A stretch of DNA of 64,000 nucleotides from a virus (taxonomy: Duplodnaviria; Heunggongvirae; Uroviricota; Caudoviricetes). Made by a program: the position numbers and the translations under genes. Location of the stretch: the IMG/VR virus record IMGVR_UViG_2939521961_000009. One strand, 5' to 3'. Of the stretch, positions 30,232 to 40,568 are shown one piece after another. The notes beneath the pieces were generated by a model. That model worked only from the letters and a program-made list of their open reading frames with translations, did no database searches and was not told where the DNA came from. Positions within the stretch are counted from its first letter, which is position 1; every line of letters starts with the position of its first letter.

Positions 30232-30792
30232 TTATTTTTCCGAAACGCTCGCAGGATAATAACGATAAAGGGTTGAAAGACCGATATCAAAAATAAGTGC
30301 CACCTGTCTTCGACTGACACCCCCGGCCAGTAAACGCCCGACCTGCTCGTATTGTTCCTGCGTGAGACGGCGGGGTCTGCCGCCGGTTCGTCCCCTTTCA
30401 CGGGCAGCTGCAAGACCAGCCCGTGTCCGTTCGACAATTAATTCACGCTCCATTTCTGCCAGCGCACCCATTATGTGAAAAAAGAAACGCCCCATGGGGG
30501 TTGACGTATCAATGTTGTCAGTAAGACTACGAAAATTTATCCCCTGTTGCTGTAATTCATCTGTCAGCGCAACAAGGTGGCGCATACTGCGCCCCAGCCT
30601 GTCCAGTTTCCAGACCATCAGTGTGTCACCGGGTTTTAGTTTCTTCAGTGCCCGCTTCAGTCCCGGCCGCTGTGTCGTTTTACCACTCATTTTGTCTTCA
30701 AAAATCTGCTCACATCCTGCACATTCCAGCGCATTTCTTTGTAAACCGGTGTTCTGGTCATTTGTTGATACGCGTATATAGCCAATCAGCAT
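30232..30792 (-). CDS. gin: Serine DNA invertase Gin/Hin family, 186 aa
   Basis: MLIGYIRVSTNDQ catalytic N-terminus; close to recalled Hin/Gin; adjacent to invertible tail-fibre segment. Confidence 0.9.
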   Translation of the reverse strand: MLIGYIRVSTNDQNTGLQRNALECAGCEQIFEDKMSGKTTQRPGLKRALKKLKPGDTLMVWKLDRLGRSMRHLVALTDELQQQGINFRSLTDNIDTSTPMGRFFFHIMGALAEMERELIVERTRAGLAAARERGRTGGRPRRLTQEQYEQVGRLLAGGVSRRQVALIFDIGLSTLYRYYPASVSEK

Positions 30793-30847
30793 GTATTTAC
30801 CTTCCTTAAAAAGAGGTGAAAATGCCTTTTAAAACAGATATACGGTA

Positions 30848-30873
30848 TCCCTGAAAACCTCGGTTTACGGGAA
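30848..30873. promoter_or_regulatory. gix/hix-like recombination site (TCCCTGAAAACC-TC-GGTTTACGGGAA)
   Basis: 26-bp imperfect palindrome matching the recalled 12-2-12 invertase site. Confidence 0.55.
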
Positions 30874-31218
30874 ACGGTAAATAAGGCGGCGAATGCCCTG
30901 CCATCGAACGGAACGGCTGTTGCAGCGAATAAACTCGCCACTCCAAGAAATATTAATGGTGTCCCATTTGACGGAACGCAGGATATAAATATTACATCGG
31001 GGATGACGCAGTCTGTGGCTGACTCACGTTATGTTCAAAGCATTCGAAGAGGTTCAAGGTCAACGATTGGAATGCAATATAATATTTTTGAAGTTCCTGA
31101 CGGATGCGTACTTACAGGGCTTGATGTCGCTGGTGATGGTAATGCAACGGTAACCGCATATTATCGACCTGTTCAGTTTCTGATAGATGGTTCGTGGAAA
31201 ACAGCTTCCAGCGCATAA
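30874..31218 (+). CDS. Silent alternative tail-fibre C-terminal cassette (Sv'-like); no start codon of its own
   Basis: Open frame from the gix site; first about 50 aa about 85% identical to the matching region of the expressed S gene, then a divergent tip. Confidence 0.55.
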   Translation, partial: TVNKAANALPSNGTAVAANKLATPRNINGVPFDGTQDINITSGMTQSVADSRYVQSIRRGSRSTIGMQYNIFEVPDGCVLTGLDVAGDGNATVTAYYRPVQFLIDGSWKTASSA

Positions 31219-31297
31219 AAGTGCAGTAGTTCAAAAAACAGATTATCTGAATAAATATATGATGATTTTGTCTTTTCAACAAAAACAAGGTGAAATA

Positions 31298-31819
31298 ATG
31301 GAGCTTATTAACGTAAAACGATATTACCCGGAACACAAACCCTATGGTGAGGATGTTCAGTATTTCCAGAGTGAGGACGGAAGGGATTTTTATGAATCTA
31401 TCCCGCTTTTCACAAAGAAATACAAACTCTGTATTTCGCCTGTAACGGGTATTATCTGCTCTGTTGCTGAAGATGTCTCTGCTTTATATCCGGCAGGTTT
31501 TACTGTTGTTGAAGTGGACGAACTGCCGGAAGGTGTGAATATTGACGGTAACTGGCAGTTTTCTGATGGCCTGATATCAAAGGTGCCGGTAAACTGGAAG
31601 ACGGTTGCTGAAAAGCGTCGCTCATCGCTGCTCCAGGAAGCCAACGAAACCGTGGATGACTGGAAAACAGAATTAAAACTGGACATGATTAGCGATGAAA
31701 ATAAATTACAGCTGACGCGCTGGATGGCGTATATCCGACAGCTTAAAGAAATGCACTTTAATGATATTGCCAGTGAGGGGCATTACCAGGCGATTCCCTG
31801 GCCGGAAAAACCGGAATAA
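31298..31819 (+). CDS. Tail fibre assembly protein (Mu U/U'-like), start taken at MELINVKRYY
   Basis: C-terminal ISDENKLQLTRWMAYIRQL resembles recalled Mu U. Confidence 0.75.
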   Translation: MELINVKRYYPEHKPYGEDVQYFQSEDGRDFYESIPLFTKKYKLCISPVTGIICSVAEDVSALYPAGFTVVEVDELPEGVNIDGNWQFSDGLISKVPVNWKTVAEKRRSSLLQEANETVDDWKTELKLDMISDENKLQLTRWMAYIRQLKEMHFNDIASEGHYQAIPWPEKPE

Positions 31820-31824
31820 TTCAG

Positions 31825-31846
31825 AGGGTGCATTCAGCACCCTTTT
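31825..31846. terminator. Hairpin between convergent tfa and S (AGGGTGC-ATTCA-GCACCCT then TTTT)
   Basis: Perfect 7-bp stem followed by T-run. Confidence 0.4.
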
Positions 31847-31853
31847 CTGTGGT

Positions 31854-32765
31854 TTACACTGAACTTACCGTTCTCCAGGCATTATTAATATAAATCTGAA
31901 CCGGGCGATAATAGACCCCACCGATATTGTCCGCAGACCGGGAGCCGGTTTCCTGCACGTTAATACCGGAAAGCATACAACCGGAAGGTGCGCTGTAATT
32001 CCATGATATTTCATTGCCTCCGGGTGAATGATAGCTCTGTGCTCCAAGCTGAACATTCTGTACATACCGGCCATCTGCGGTTGACTGCGTCATTCCTGAC
32101 GTGATGTTGATATCCTGCGTTCCGTCAAAAGGAACGCCATTAATATTTCTTGGGGTGGCGAGTCTGTTTGCTGCCACGGCGGTTCCACCCGATGGCAGGG
32201 CATCAGCAGCCTTATTTACCGTTTCCCGTAAACCGACGTTATCGATAAAAGCGCCTTTATCCGGAATGTCTGCGCCGTTCTGCTCCCTGCGCAGGTAACG
32301 GTTATCACCTTCGCTTTTGCTGTAAACATCCAGATTATTACGGGCGGTTCCCGCATTCTCCAGGTCGGCAAGGTTCTGATCCTTCGCCAGAGCATTAACG
32401 TCACCGGGACCAAGACTGTTTTTTGTGGCAAGCGCCCCAAGACCAAGATAACCACGGGCAAGACGCTGGGCTTCCGCACCGGCATCAGCAATTTCTTTCA
32501 GGTTGTTTTTCCGGGAAAAGGCATTCGCAGCGATAATGGCTTTAATGGACAGCGTAAGCTGGTTTAACTGCGCCTTATCCGGCTGAATACTGGCTTCAGC
32601 CAGAATATTCAGCAGTTCGGCCTGGAGAATATTCAGCCAGTCCTGACCAATCCAGCTGATACCTTTTTGTCCGTCACCTTCGGTAAACCAGGTGGTGGTA
32701 TTACTCTGCGCCGGTGCCAGCGCAGGCATATTCGCCACGCCGGAATTATTATCAACATGAAACAT
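31854..32765 (-). CDS. Tail fibre protein S (constant part above 32248, variable tip below the gix site)
   Basis: Mu-order position after the gp48-like gene; crosses the gix site at 32223-32248. Confidence 0.8.
   Translation of the reverse strand: MFHVDNNSGVANMPALAPAQSNTTTWFTEGDGQKGISWIGQDWLNILQAELLNILAEASIQPDKAQLNQLTLSIKAIIAANAFSRKNNLKEIADAGAEAQRLARGYLGLGALATKNSLGPGDVNALAKDQNLADLENAGTARNNLDVYSKSEGDNRYLRREQNGADIPDKGAFIDNVGLRETVNKAADALPSGGTAVAANRLATPRNINGVPFDGTQDINITSGMTQSTADGRYVQNVQLGAQSYHSPGGNEISWNYSAPSGCMLSGINVQETGSRSADNIGGVYYRPVQIYINNAWRTVSSV
32223..32248. promoter_or_regulatory. gix/hix-like recombination site (TTCCCGTAAACC-GA-CGTTATCGATAA), inverted relative to the site at 30848
   Basis: Left half is the exact reverse complement of the right half of the other site; central dinucleotides GA versus TC. 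Confidence 0.55.
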
Positions 32766-33325
32766 TAAATAGTCTCCTCTTCATGGCTGTTTGCATACAC
32801 GTAAATAAACGTCTGCCATGCAGGCTTATAACGGTTCAGAATACATTCCAGCGCACCGCCTTCATAAATACGCAGCGGCGTGAGAATATCATCCAGCACA
32901 TTCATATTCCGGTAGCCGGTTTCACTGTTAATCGTGACAATACTGACCCACTGTGAATCCGGTGATGGCTGAATATCTATTTCATAACCAAACTCTGCCG
33001 CAAACCGGATATAAAATTCACGGTTAAGAGAGGGTTTCATCCGGTATTTATTCCCGGCATAACGCTGACGCTCCTGAATGGTTGCGCCGGTCATATCACA
33101 TTCCGGTAACCCCAGATAACGCTCCCAGTCTTCCAGCAGCAGACGGGATGAATCAGGAAAACGTTCTGCCAGCATCTGGTTACCGGTCCAGGAAACACGC
33201 TCCGTGGAATGACTGAGGCCCAGGCACAAAGCCGCAAGAACGGATGACGGCCGCTTATCCCATGCCAGCCCGTCAGGCAGCAACTGCAACAGGGCACGCT
33301 GATGCGGGGTCAGGGTTACAGCCAT
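32765..33325 (-). CDS. Mu gp48-like baseplate/tail-fibre attachment protein
   Basis: Position between baseplate J-like gene and S; size 186 aa. Confidence 0.7.
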   Translation of the reverse strand: MAVTLTPHQRALLQLLPDGLAWDKRPSSVLAALCLGLSHSTERVSWTGNQMLAERFPDSSRLLLEDWERYLGLPECDMTGATIQERQRYAGNKYRMKPSLNREFYIRFAAEFGYEIDIQPSPDSQWVSIVTINSETGYRNMNVLDDILTPLRIYEGGALECILNRYKPAWQTFIYVYANSHEEETI

Positions 33326-34401
33326 GTGATTTCCCCCACGGTCAGCAACTCTGTATCTCCGGCCATCACGGACTTCAGCGGGCTGCGAACTTCAAAATCC
33401 TCCAGTCCTTTCACCCCTGCAACAGCCCGCCAGAATGATGAAGGCAATACAAGTCCACCCGGCCGCGATTCGTTATAAAGCAGGTCCGTTAATGCCTGTT
33501 TTACGGCAGCCTGATTTTCCGGCGTTTTGGGTACAATCCTGATCTCAAACGCCACCGGCTTATTGGTCAGCTTAAACACGCTGATTGTCGGCCCAAGTGG
33601 CTGACCAACGGGCTGGCCCGTCGCCGGATCATCATGACTGCGGATATAATCCGCCACCCGCTTCACATCACCTTCTCCGGGGAAAATGTCAGGGTTATTA
33701 TCCTGAACAAAAGTCACACCAACACTACCCGCCTCAGGCCATTCAGGCTTACACCATGCCCGCGTCACGCCCGGTACTTCCCGTGCCCAGCGTTCAAAAT
33801 CATACTGTGTTCCCCCTGATGGCGGGTTCTGTACCCGGAATACCAGCCTGGACAGCAACTCCGGCACCGTTTCCACATCCGCACCACCGGTGAGTCCCGT
33901 GCCGGTGACCGTGGCTGTCTGGTTGATGCCCGCCTGTGGCGTGATAAAGGACAGGCGGGTTCCGGTCGGGGTATTTCCAGCGCGCCCCGCACTTTCCGCC
34001 TCCACATTAACATTCAGTGTTCCGGCTTTTCCGGTCGCAGAGCCGGTGATGCGGTACACAACACCATCGCTTCGCTGAAGGAGTACGCCTTCCGTGATCC
34101 CTGCATCCGTGGTCAGCATCAGTTGTACCGGTCCGTCAGCGCGGGAAGCCGGTTTACGGATGACACCCCAGAATGCGCAGTGTTTCAGGAGTTCGGCTTC
34201 ATCAGCTTCTGTCGGAATTATCTGCCGGGAGATCCAGGCCAGATGTTCATGCTCCTGTGCTGACAGACCCGCCAGTGCATACGCAATGGCATTCAGGGTG
34301 GTTTCATTCACGCCCGGCTGCGAACCGGGCAGGCGCTGGCTGATATCCTGTTGTGTCTGTGTGATCAGTTGCGCCAGTGGTAAGGGCTGATAAGGCATCA
34401 T
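33316..34401 (-). CDS. Baseplate J-like protein (Mu gp47-like)
   Basis: Size 361 aa and Mu order. Confidence 0.8.
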   Translation of the reverse strand: MMPYQPLPLAQLITQTQQDISQRLPGSQPGVNETTLNAIAYALAGLSAQEHEHLAWISRQIIPTEADEAELLKHCAFWGVIRKPASRADGPVQLMLTTDAGITEGVLLQRSDGVVYRITGSATGKAGTLNVNVEAESAGRAGNTPTGTRLSFITPQAGINQTATVTGTGLTGGADVETVPELLSRLVFRVQNPPSGGTQYDFERWAREVPGVTRAWCKPEWPEAGSVGVTFVQDNNPDIFPGEGDVKRVADYIRSHDDPATGQPVGQPLGPTISVFKLTNKPVAFEIRIVPKTPENQAAVKQALTDLLYNESRPGGLVLPSSFWRAVAGVKGLEDFEVRSPLKSVMAGDTELLTVGEITWL

Positions 34402-34835
34402 TCCCCCTTCATATCAGCATAAAAAATCATCGGATGTCTGCTTCCGTCCGGCAGGGTGATTTTCACGGAAAGCGAAAGGCGAGCATGCCCCACACGCATG
34501 GCATGGCATACCACGGATGTGGCAGCACCGCTTTTATGCAGCCACGCCAGCGCTTCATCAGCATAGGCCTGTGCACGGCTGACCACGGAGGACAGCGTCT
34601 TTTCACGGCTTAACAGCCAGAGACGGGAGCCAACGGGGCGCTCCCGGAAACTGTCTCCCCACCATCCCCGACGGTCACGGGTGCCGTCAGGGATTTCATC
34701 GGAATCCAGCGCCCGCCTGTCCGTAAACAGTGAAATAATGACCGCAGTCAGCAGGCTGTTATCCGTCAGAAGATCTGCGCCGTTCAGTTGCAGGGAACCG
34801 CAACCCTGATCCCAGACGACAGCAATATCAGCCAT
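34398..34835 (-). CDS. Baseplate protein (Mu gp46 / gpW-like), start taken at MADIAVVW
   Basis: Mu order; ORF extends to 35048 in overlap with upstream gene. Confidence 0.65.
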   Translation of the reverse strand: MADIAVVWDQGCGSLQLNGADLLTDNSLLTAVIISLFTDRRALDSDEIPDGTRDRRGWWGDSFRERPVGSRLWLLSREKTLSSVVSRAQAYADEALAWLHKSGAATSVVCHAMRVGHARLSLSVKITLPDGSRHPMIFYADMKGE

Positions 34836-35442
34836 TCTCTGGTCCTCCCGTTTTGCTGCCTTCACCGTTATCGTGATGCACATGACCTGAATAGGTGATC
34901 CCGGCAATAACCGCTTCGGACATCGTGAACGTCCCCTGTGATCTTCCGGTGCCGTCAATGGACACATTGCCTTTGACATGCAGGTTCTTATCCACTGTGA
35001 CATTACCGGTAAAGTGAGCCTCCGGTGTATCCACCTGAACACCTTCATCGGCGTAAATCTCCAGCGTCTTACAGGTCACAATGATCCGGCCGTTCTTTGT
35101 CAGACGTATACGGTGCCCCTCATGGTGATACACGCCGGTATCTCCGGCGGTAAGTCCGGTCGGGCGACTGCGGCGGTCTTCCACCACAAGCACCACGGCC
35201 TGATCCCGTTGTCCGCCAGCACAGGCCAGAAAAACTTCCGCACCAGGCAGGGGGACGCTGATTTGCCCGTACTGCTGGGGGCGTTCAACGTCATCAAAGG
35301 TTTCACCATCCATACCGGTGATTTGCACATTCTGGATTTTCAGCGTGTCCGTTGTGCCGGTCAGTACACCACGCCCGAACAGCAGACGAACACCCCGCAT
35401 TACGGGGGCCAGAAGGCGGCTGATGACTTCGTCATTCATCAT
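34828..35442 (-). CDS. Baseplate spike protein (Mu gp45 / gpV-like)
   Basis: Mu order, size 204 aa. Confidence 0.7.
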   Translation of the reverse strand: MMNDEVISRLLAPVMRGVRLLFGRGVLTGTTDTLKIQNVQITGMDGETFDDVERPQQYGQISVPLPGAEVFLACAGGQRDQAVVLVVEDRRSRPTGLTAGDTGVYHHEGHRIRLTKNGRIIVTCKTLEIYADEGVQVDTPEAHFTGNVTVDKNLHVKGNVSIDGTGRSQGTFTMSEAVIAGITYSGHVHHDNGEGSKTGGPENG

Positions 35443-36556
35443 TGAATTTAATCCCCTGTTTTTTCATCTGTGCCCGCACGAAGGCGTCCACGTCACCCGC
35501 ATTTCCGCTTCCGCTGTTTCCCGGCTCTGCCGGAACAATAAAGCCGTCACGGGGTGCCAGAATCAGACGGGTGGTTTCGCCGTGATTTGCATCCAGCGAA
35601 AACTCCACCTGACAGACAAGAAGATCACGCTCTTCCACTCCGGTGCGGGGAGCCGTGACAGCCGTCAGCAGGTTGATATCCCACAACTGGCCGTTCTCCC
35701 GAAACCAGTGCCGCACGGTGGCTGTCAGGCGCACAGAGCGGGCAACCGCCCGGCGCATTTCCCGGACAGCCCTCTGGCGTGCACCGTCTGCATCAACAGC
35801 ATGATCCGCCAGCACAATTTTCGGTCTGTAACGGTGGATGGCACTGTCTGTCACCGTACCAACGGGTGCGGCCAGCGTTCCGGCTGTCAGTGCATCCCCG
35901 GCATGACCACCACCACGCCCGTGCCCCCGTACACGGTATTCACTGTGGCGCAGACGGTGATCCACGTTGTGATCCAAATCCAGCAGATTTTCGCCCAGCG
36001 TCAGCGTGTCGCCACGCTGACTGCCGGCCTGAGTGAAAACCAGTTCACCGGCGGCATTACTGGTTACCAGGACGCCTCTGTGTCTCGCGGCCCGTGTCAG
36101 CGCATCTGCCACGGTTTCTGAGTTTTCCAGTGTGAAGGTGGAAAAGGGCCGGGCTGCCGTTGCATCATTTACCTGCCAGCGCACCGTGACCCCGAACGGA
36201 GCACACAAATCTGAAGCAATGTGCTCCAGCGTGCGGTTCCTCCACTGGCTGCCCGGATGAATGGCTGAACAGTCCACCAGGTCACCGGTTTTATCCCGTC
36301 CGCTGAGCGTGATCTGAAAACGCGTGGCGCTGATGCGCTGCCGGACCTGATCCAGCCAGCCAGTGATCACAGGCTGACCGTCAATGCGCAATTCCAGAGA
36401 CTGACCGGCACGGACGGATGACGGAAGGCGTACACCGGGCATCATTACCCCCAGTTCAAAGGAGCCCGCCAGATGTTCAAGAGAGCGACGAACACTCACC
36501 GTCAGCCAGCCGGAAAAAATCTCACCGCCCAGATACAGTTCAACCCTGCTGCTCAC
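35432..36556 (-). CDS. Baseplate hub protein (Mu gp44 P / gpD-like)
   Basis: Mu order, size 374 aa. Confidence 0.75.
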   Translation of the reverse strand: MSSRVELYLGGEIFSGWLTVSVRRSLEHLAGSFELGVMMPGVRLPSSVRAGQSLELRIDGQPVITGWLDQVRQRISATRFQITLSGRDKTGDLVDCSAIHPGSQWRNRTLEHIASDLCAPFGVTVRWQVNDATAARPFSTFTLENSETVADALTRAARHRGVLVTSNAAGELVFTQAGSQRGDTLTLGENLLDLDHNVDHRLRHSEYRVRGHGRGGGHAGDALTAGTLAAPVGTVTDSAIHRYRPKIVLADHAVDADGARQRAVREMRRAVARSVRLTATVRHWFRENGQLWDINLLTAVTAPRTGVEERDLLVCQVEFSLDANHGETTRLILAPRDGFIVPAEPGNSGSGNAGDVDAFVRAQMKKQGIKFNDE

Positions 36557-37910
36557 TAATCACCTCCACTGAATGGCCTCCGGGAATGAACAGCGGATCA
36601 ACAATACCGTTACGGCGCACAAAACGTTGCCAGCCGGTACTGTTCCCGGTGGCACGGTACAGGGTCACCAGTGCAGGCTCGGTGGTACGTACAGTCACTA
36701 CTGTTGCACCGGGTAGCTGAACTCCCCGTGTATTCAGATCCTCTGTCAGTGCCAGTCTGGCATCACGAAGCGTCAGCGCCGTGGCGGTATACCCCTGCCC
36801 GGACAGTGTCATCACCTGCCGTTCGAGCGCTTCGCTTAAGTCACGGTTAATGCGCTGAAGATCAACTGAACTTTCCAGCCAGACAGGCCAGGTACGGTGG
36901 GCTGCGTCACTGTCCGGCAGGGTTTCCTGACTGAGAACCTGATCCAGCAGTTTTCCCACGGTCTGTGCCTGGGCCACCACGGCAGCACTCTGCATTACCG
37001 CCCGTATCAGACGAATATTCTTTTGTGCTGCCGGTGTCAGACCGATGAGAGTCTGCGGATTATCCTGCTCATCCAGCACGTAACGCAGGGAAGATAATGT
37101 CCTGTACAGTTGCGGCATTCCCTGAGAGACGGCGGATGTCGTCCGGCCGATACTGCCACCGGGCCGGGTATTCAGGCCTCCTGAAGACAGTGACGGCAGC
37201 GATGGCAGGGTGATCAGGGCACTGAAAAGCCCCGCAAAAGATGAGGCCATGCGGGAAGGTGCTGTCAGTAATGCCGTGGCATTCCCTTTCAGCGCCGTGA
37301 ACGTGGCAGTAAAGGCACTGATATCCTGTACAATCCCCATGCCGGAAACGGCATTTTCCAGGGCGGACACCTTATCGCTGATGGTTTCGGTCATTGCCTG
37401 GACATCGTGCATTCCGTCAGAAATCACCGTCCAGCCCGCTTCCAGGGTTTCAAAAACCTTCCCGAGCGCGGTGGTACTCTTCTGCTCCAGAATGGCGGCC
37501 GTGTCCTGTGTGACAGCAGGTGCGGTATCATCACTTACCGGCGTGACATTAATGGTGAACTCAACCACGCCCTGTTCAGCAGCGTTATAACGACTTTCAA
37601 AGCTGTTTATCAGCACATTTAACGTGCCGTAATCCGGGTGAAGCAGCTCCCCGGCACCGGGAGCACGAAGGGCATCACGCAGACGATTTCGCTGTGTCTG
37701 AACATCATCCCCCATCACAAGTACACTGAACGTAAATTCAGCCAGTTTAGGTCCCAGATCGTCTGCACCACCGGTTTCCCGTAACGGATATTCCCGACGG
37801 ACAATGTTTCGCCCGCCACGTTCGCGCTGCTCACGCCAGACGAGGAACGGCACACCACGGAACGCACCACGACCGTCACCAGAGGCCATAATTCCCTCCG
37901 TTCCAGACAT
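36540..37910 (-). CDS. Mu N-like (DNA circularisation) protein
   Basis: Mu order, size 456 aa. Confidence 0.7.
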   Translation of the reverse strand: MSGTEGIMASGDGRGAFRGVPFLVWREQRERGGRNIVRREYPLRETGGADDLGPKLAEFTFSVLVMGDDVQTQRNRLRDALRAPGAGELLHPDYGTLNVLINSFESRYNAAEQGVVEFTINVTPVSDDTAPAVTQDTAAILEQKSTTALGKVFETLEAGWTVISDGMHDVQAMTETISDKVSALENAVSGMGIVQDISAFTATFTALKGNATALLTAPSRMASSFAGLFSALITLPSLPSLSSGGLNTRPGGSIGRTTSAVSQGMPQLYRTLSSLRYVLDEQDNPQTLIGLTPAAQKNIRLIRAVMQSAAVVAQAQTVGKLLDQVLSQETLPDSDAAHRTWPVWLESSVDLQRINRDLSEALERQVMTLSGQGYTATALTLRDARLALTEDLNTRGVQLPGATVVTVRTTEPALVTLYRATGNSTGWQRFVRRNGIVDPLFIPGGHSVEVISEQQG

Positions 37911-39951
37911 TCACATCCAGTCCGTGACCGGACGTGTCATCAATATCAATACTGCGAGCCTGCCACCCTTCCGGGGCAACCAGCTCCACACGGGCAGAGG
38001 CTTTTTGTACCGCCTGTCCACTGCTTTCATCATCACTGCCCCGTAATTTCTGCCAGGCTTCAGTCAGCCATCCCCCCAGATAGTTACCGAGATAGCTGCC
38101 CACCGTAGAACCAATGGCAATCCCCACAGGTCCGGCTGCCGCCCCCAGCGCACCACCGGCAATACTGCCTGCAAGAGAGCCGACCGCTTCTCCCTTGTCT
38201 GTGGCACTGGCGCTGCCATCCAGCAGAACCGGGGCTGCCATCGCGCCAGCCCACAGGGCACCTCCACCCAGCCGGCCGGCCAGTCCACCGGCACTGCGGA
38301 AAAAGCCGGAGAAACGCCCCAGCCCCATGCGGCTACCGACAGACGAAAGTAACCCACCGGCGCGCCCCATCATGCGCCCCCAGAACCCTGCCCCACCAGA
38401 AGAGGGAGACGGTGGCACTGGGGACGGTGGCAGGGGAGGCGTGACCGGTCTTCCGCGCCCCGGTCCGCGTTTCCTGCGGCCCCGCCCCTGACGTCCGCCT
38501 GAGGATGTATCGGTCGCGCCGGTGCCGGACAGTCCTCCTGTGGGCCAGTTTGTTACAAGTACTGGCTGAACGGCTGCCGGATTTACCCCGGTAAGAAAGT
38601 TTATAAAACGTTGCCCTCGTCCCTGAGATGTGCCTGGTGGTGTTCCGGCCGGAGGAGAGCGCCGGAAAGGTGAAGTCAGGAAGGCCGCCGCTGATAATCC
38701 GTATCCCAGCAATGCAGCACCCGGACGTATAATCCCCGTTCCGACAGCCCGCGCCATTTTCAGGGCACGGGTGGCGAGATACATGTACAGCAGGTATTTC
38801 GCGGCAGTCTGTGCCCCCTGACCAATGCGATCCAGCGCATCACCATAGCCCGCATCCCGCAGAGCCTGAAGCGTGTCGCGTACCTTTCTGATCGCCTGAT
38901 AAAACCCTGTCACTGCATCACGGGCATACTCAAAGCCCTGGTTCATGGCTGATGCCGTGCTTTCCGCCAGGGAATGGTAACTGCCATCAGATTTGGCACT
39001 GTCAACCCATGAAAGAAATCCCCTGAGATTACCCTTCAGTTTTTCAAATGGCCCACTGTCCATCACATCCCGGGCAAACTGGTCCCAGACGTCACCCATC
39101 ATGGCCGTCAGGCCACTCCAGGAATTCATTGCGTCCTTTTGTGCTCCCCTGGCCTGTTCCGCCAGCGTCTGAAATAACAGGCGAATACTGTCCGGCCCAA
39201 GCAGCCCTTTTTCACCAAGTTTTCTGACCACTTTCTGGTCCACACCCAGACGATCAGCCAGCACGCGGTAGGCATTAATGCCGTAGGTGGCAAGAATATT
39301 TGCATCCGCCGCCTGAATACTGCCTCTTGCATACATCTGTTTCAGTTGCAGGGATGCCCCCTGTGCATCGGACAGTGACCAGCCGCCCACGGCCCCCTGA
39401 TCCTGAAGCATGGTGACAAAATTTCGGGCCTCCCTGTCACTCATACCAAAGCCCAGACTGGACGTATATTCCTGCATGACGCCAGCCAGCCCCCAGGTGG
39501 TTTCCTTCGCATTCTGTATTGCCCACCTGCGGACATCATCCGTTTTCGCCCGATCCCCTTTGTAAAGGGAGTTCAGGCGAATCATATAGGTTTCCATCTC
39601 CGCTGCCGGGCGAATAAATCCCCGGTTAAAGCCATATACAGCAGCACCACCGGCCAGCATTCCGTAAAGATTGCTGATCCGCCCGATGGTGCCGGTAATA
39701 CTGCCCTGAAGACGGTCAAAATCAGAAGTGACATGGCGGATACTGCCCCGCACCCCGGCCAGCGTGCGCTGCATCCTGCTTCCGAGTACATCTGTTTCCT
39801 GCCCGGCACGGCGGGCAGCATTTCCCAGGCCACCCAGCCCCGCCTGGCCGGAGCGTGAGAATGCCCCCAGCTCCTGTGACCACTGGCGGGATTTGGCTGA
39901 GATATTGCCGAGCAAATCAACTATCAGAGATGCTCTGAGATTTCGGGCCAT
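37876..39951 (-). CDS. Tail tape measure protein (Mu-like), Gly-rich C-terminus
   Basis: 691 aa ORF between tail chaperone and N-like gene. Confidence 0.75.
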   Translation of the reverse strand: MARNLRASLIVDLLGNISAKSRQWSQELGAFSRSGQAGLGGLGNAARRAGQETDVLGSRMQRTLAGVRGSIRHVTSDFDRLQGSITGTIGRISNLYGMLAGGAAVYGFNRGFIRPAAEMETYMIRLNSLYKGDRAKTDDVRRWAIQNAKETTWGLAGVMQEYTSSLGFGMSDREARNFVTMLQDQGAVGGWSLSDAQGASLQLKQMYARGSIQAADANILATYGINAYRVLADRLGVDQKVVRKLGEKGLLGPDSIRLLFQTLAEQARGAQKDAMNSWSGLTAMMGDVWDQFARDVMDSGPFEKLKGNLRGFLSWVDSAKSDGSYHSLAESTASAMNQGFEYARDAVTGFYQAIRKVRDTLQALRDAGYGDALDRIGQGAQTAAKYLLYMYLATRALKMARAVGTGIIRPGAALLGYGLSAAAFLTSPFRRSPPAGTPPGTSQGRGQRFINFLTGVNPAAVQPVLVTNWPTGGLSGTGATDTSSGGRQGRGRRKRGPGRGRPVTPPLPPSPVPPSPSSGGAGFWGRMMGRAGGLLSSVGSRMGLGRFSGFFRSAGGLAGRLGGGALWAGAMAAPVLLDGSASATDKGEAVGSLAGSIAGGALGAAAGPVGIAIGSTVGSYLGNYLGGWLTEAWQKLRGSDDESSGQAVQKASARVELVAPEGWQARSIDIDDTSGHGLDVNVWNGGNYGLW

Positions 39952-40077
39952 ACTTACTGCTTCGTTCTGATGATTTTTTCTGTCTGTCGGCAGTGCCGGT
40001 AAAGTTGCGACAGGGGGAGGTTAAGCGCCCATTCCGGACCGCTTTTTGTCACCATCCCCAGGATAATTGCCGCTTCT

Positions 40078-40554
40078 TCAATCTGATCCCGACACTGCGC
40101 CTGATCGCCCCCGGTCAGCTGCCAGCTTTCCGGCAAGCGCGGTATCCAGCAGGCTGACCGCTGCCATCAGGCGGGAGAGATCGCGCTCGCTTAACTGTCC
40201 AATCTGACGGGGTGACAACGGACCTTCAATGTCTCCCACTGCGGCAATCTGACGGCGCAGCAGTGCAACACCGCGTAACGACGGAGACGCTATCAGCATC
40301 GGGCCATTGTTTGTCTCCACCACGCGCTCGGCTTCTGCTTCTGCGTCAATACTGTCTTTCGCTGTCAGTTCCCGGAACGTGACACGATATTCACGGGTCT
40401 CACCAAACGGCAGACCATCAAGCAGATCCACATATCCCTTTGCCAGTTGCTCTGTCAGCCCGGCAGTGCGTGGATCAGCCCCCTCAAGTGCTTCCCGGAT
40501 TGCCTCCATCACGGCTGCCTCGGAAACTGCCGTTTTTTTCTTACGTGTGGTCAT
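40078..40554 (-). CDS. Tail assembly chaperone (Mu gp41-like); overlapping ORF 39954-40136 may be a frameshift extension
   Basis: Position between tube and tape measure; overlapping second frame runs to the tape-measure start. Confidence 0.5.
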   Translation of the reverse strand: MTTRKKKTAVSEAAVMEAIREALEGADPRTAGLTEQLAKGYVDLLDGLPFGETREYRVTFRELTAKDSIDAEAEAERVVETNNGPMLIASPSLRGVALLRRQIAAVGDIEGPLSPRQIGQLSERDLSRLMAAVSLLDTALAGKLAADRGRSGAVSGSD

Positions 40555-40568
40555 TTTATTTTTCCTGA

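Noticed and set aside
35318-36121. 267-aa plus-strand ORF, and similar antisense ORFs at 41624-42550, 42445-42936, 44493-45137 and 45008-45571
   Set aside because: All antisense to well-supported Mu-like structural genes and not in operon register; judged spurious.
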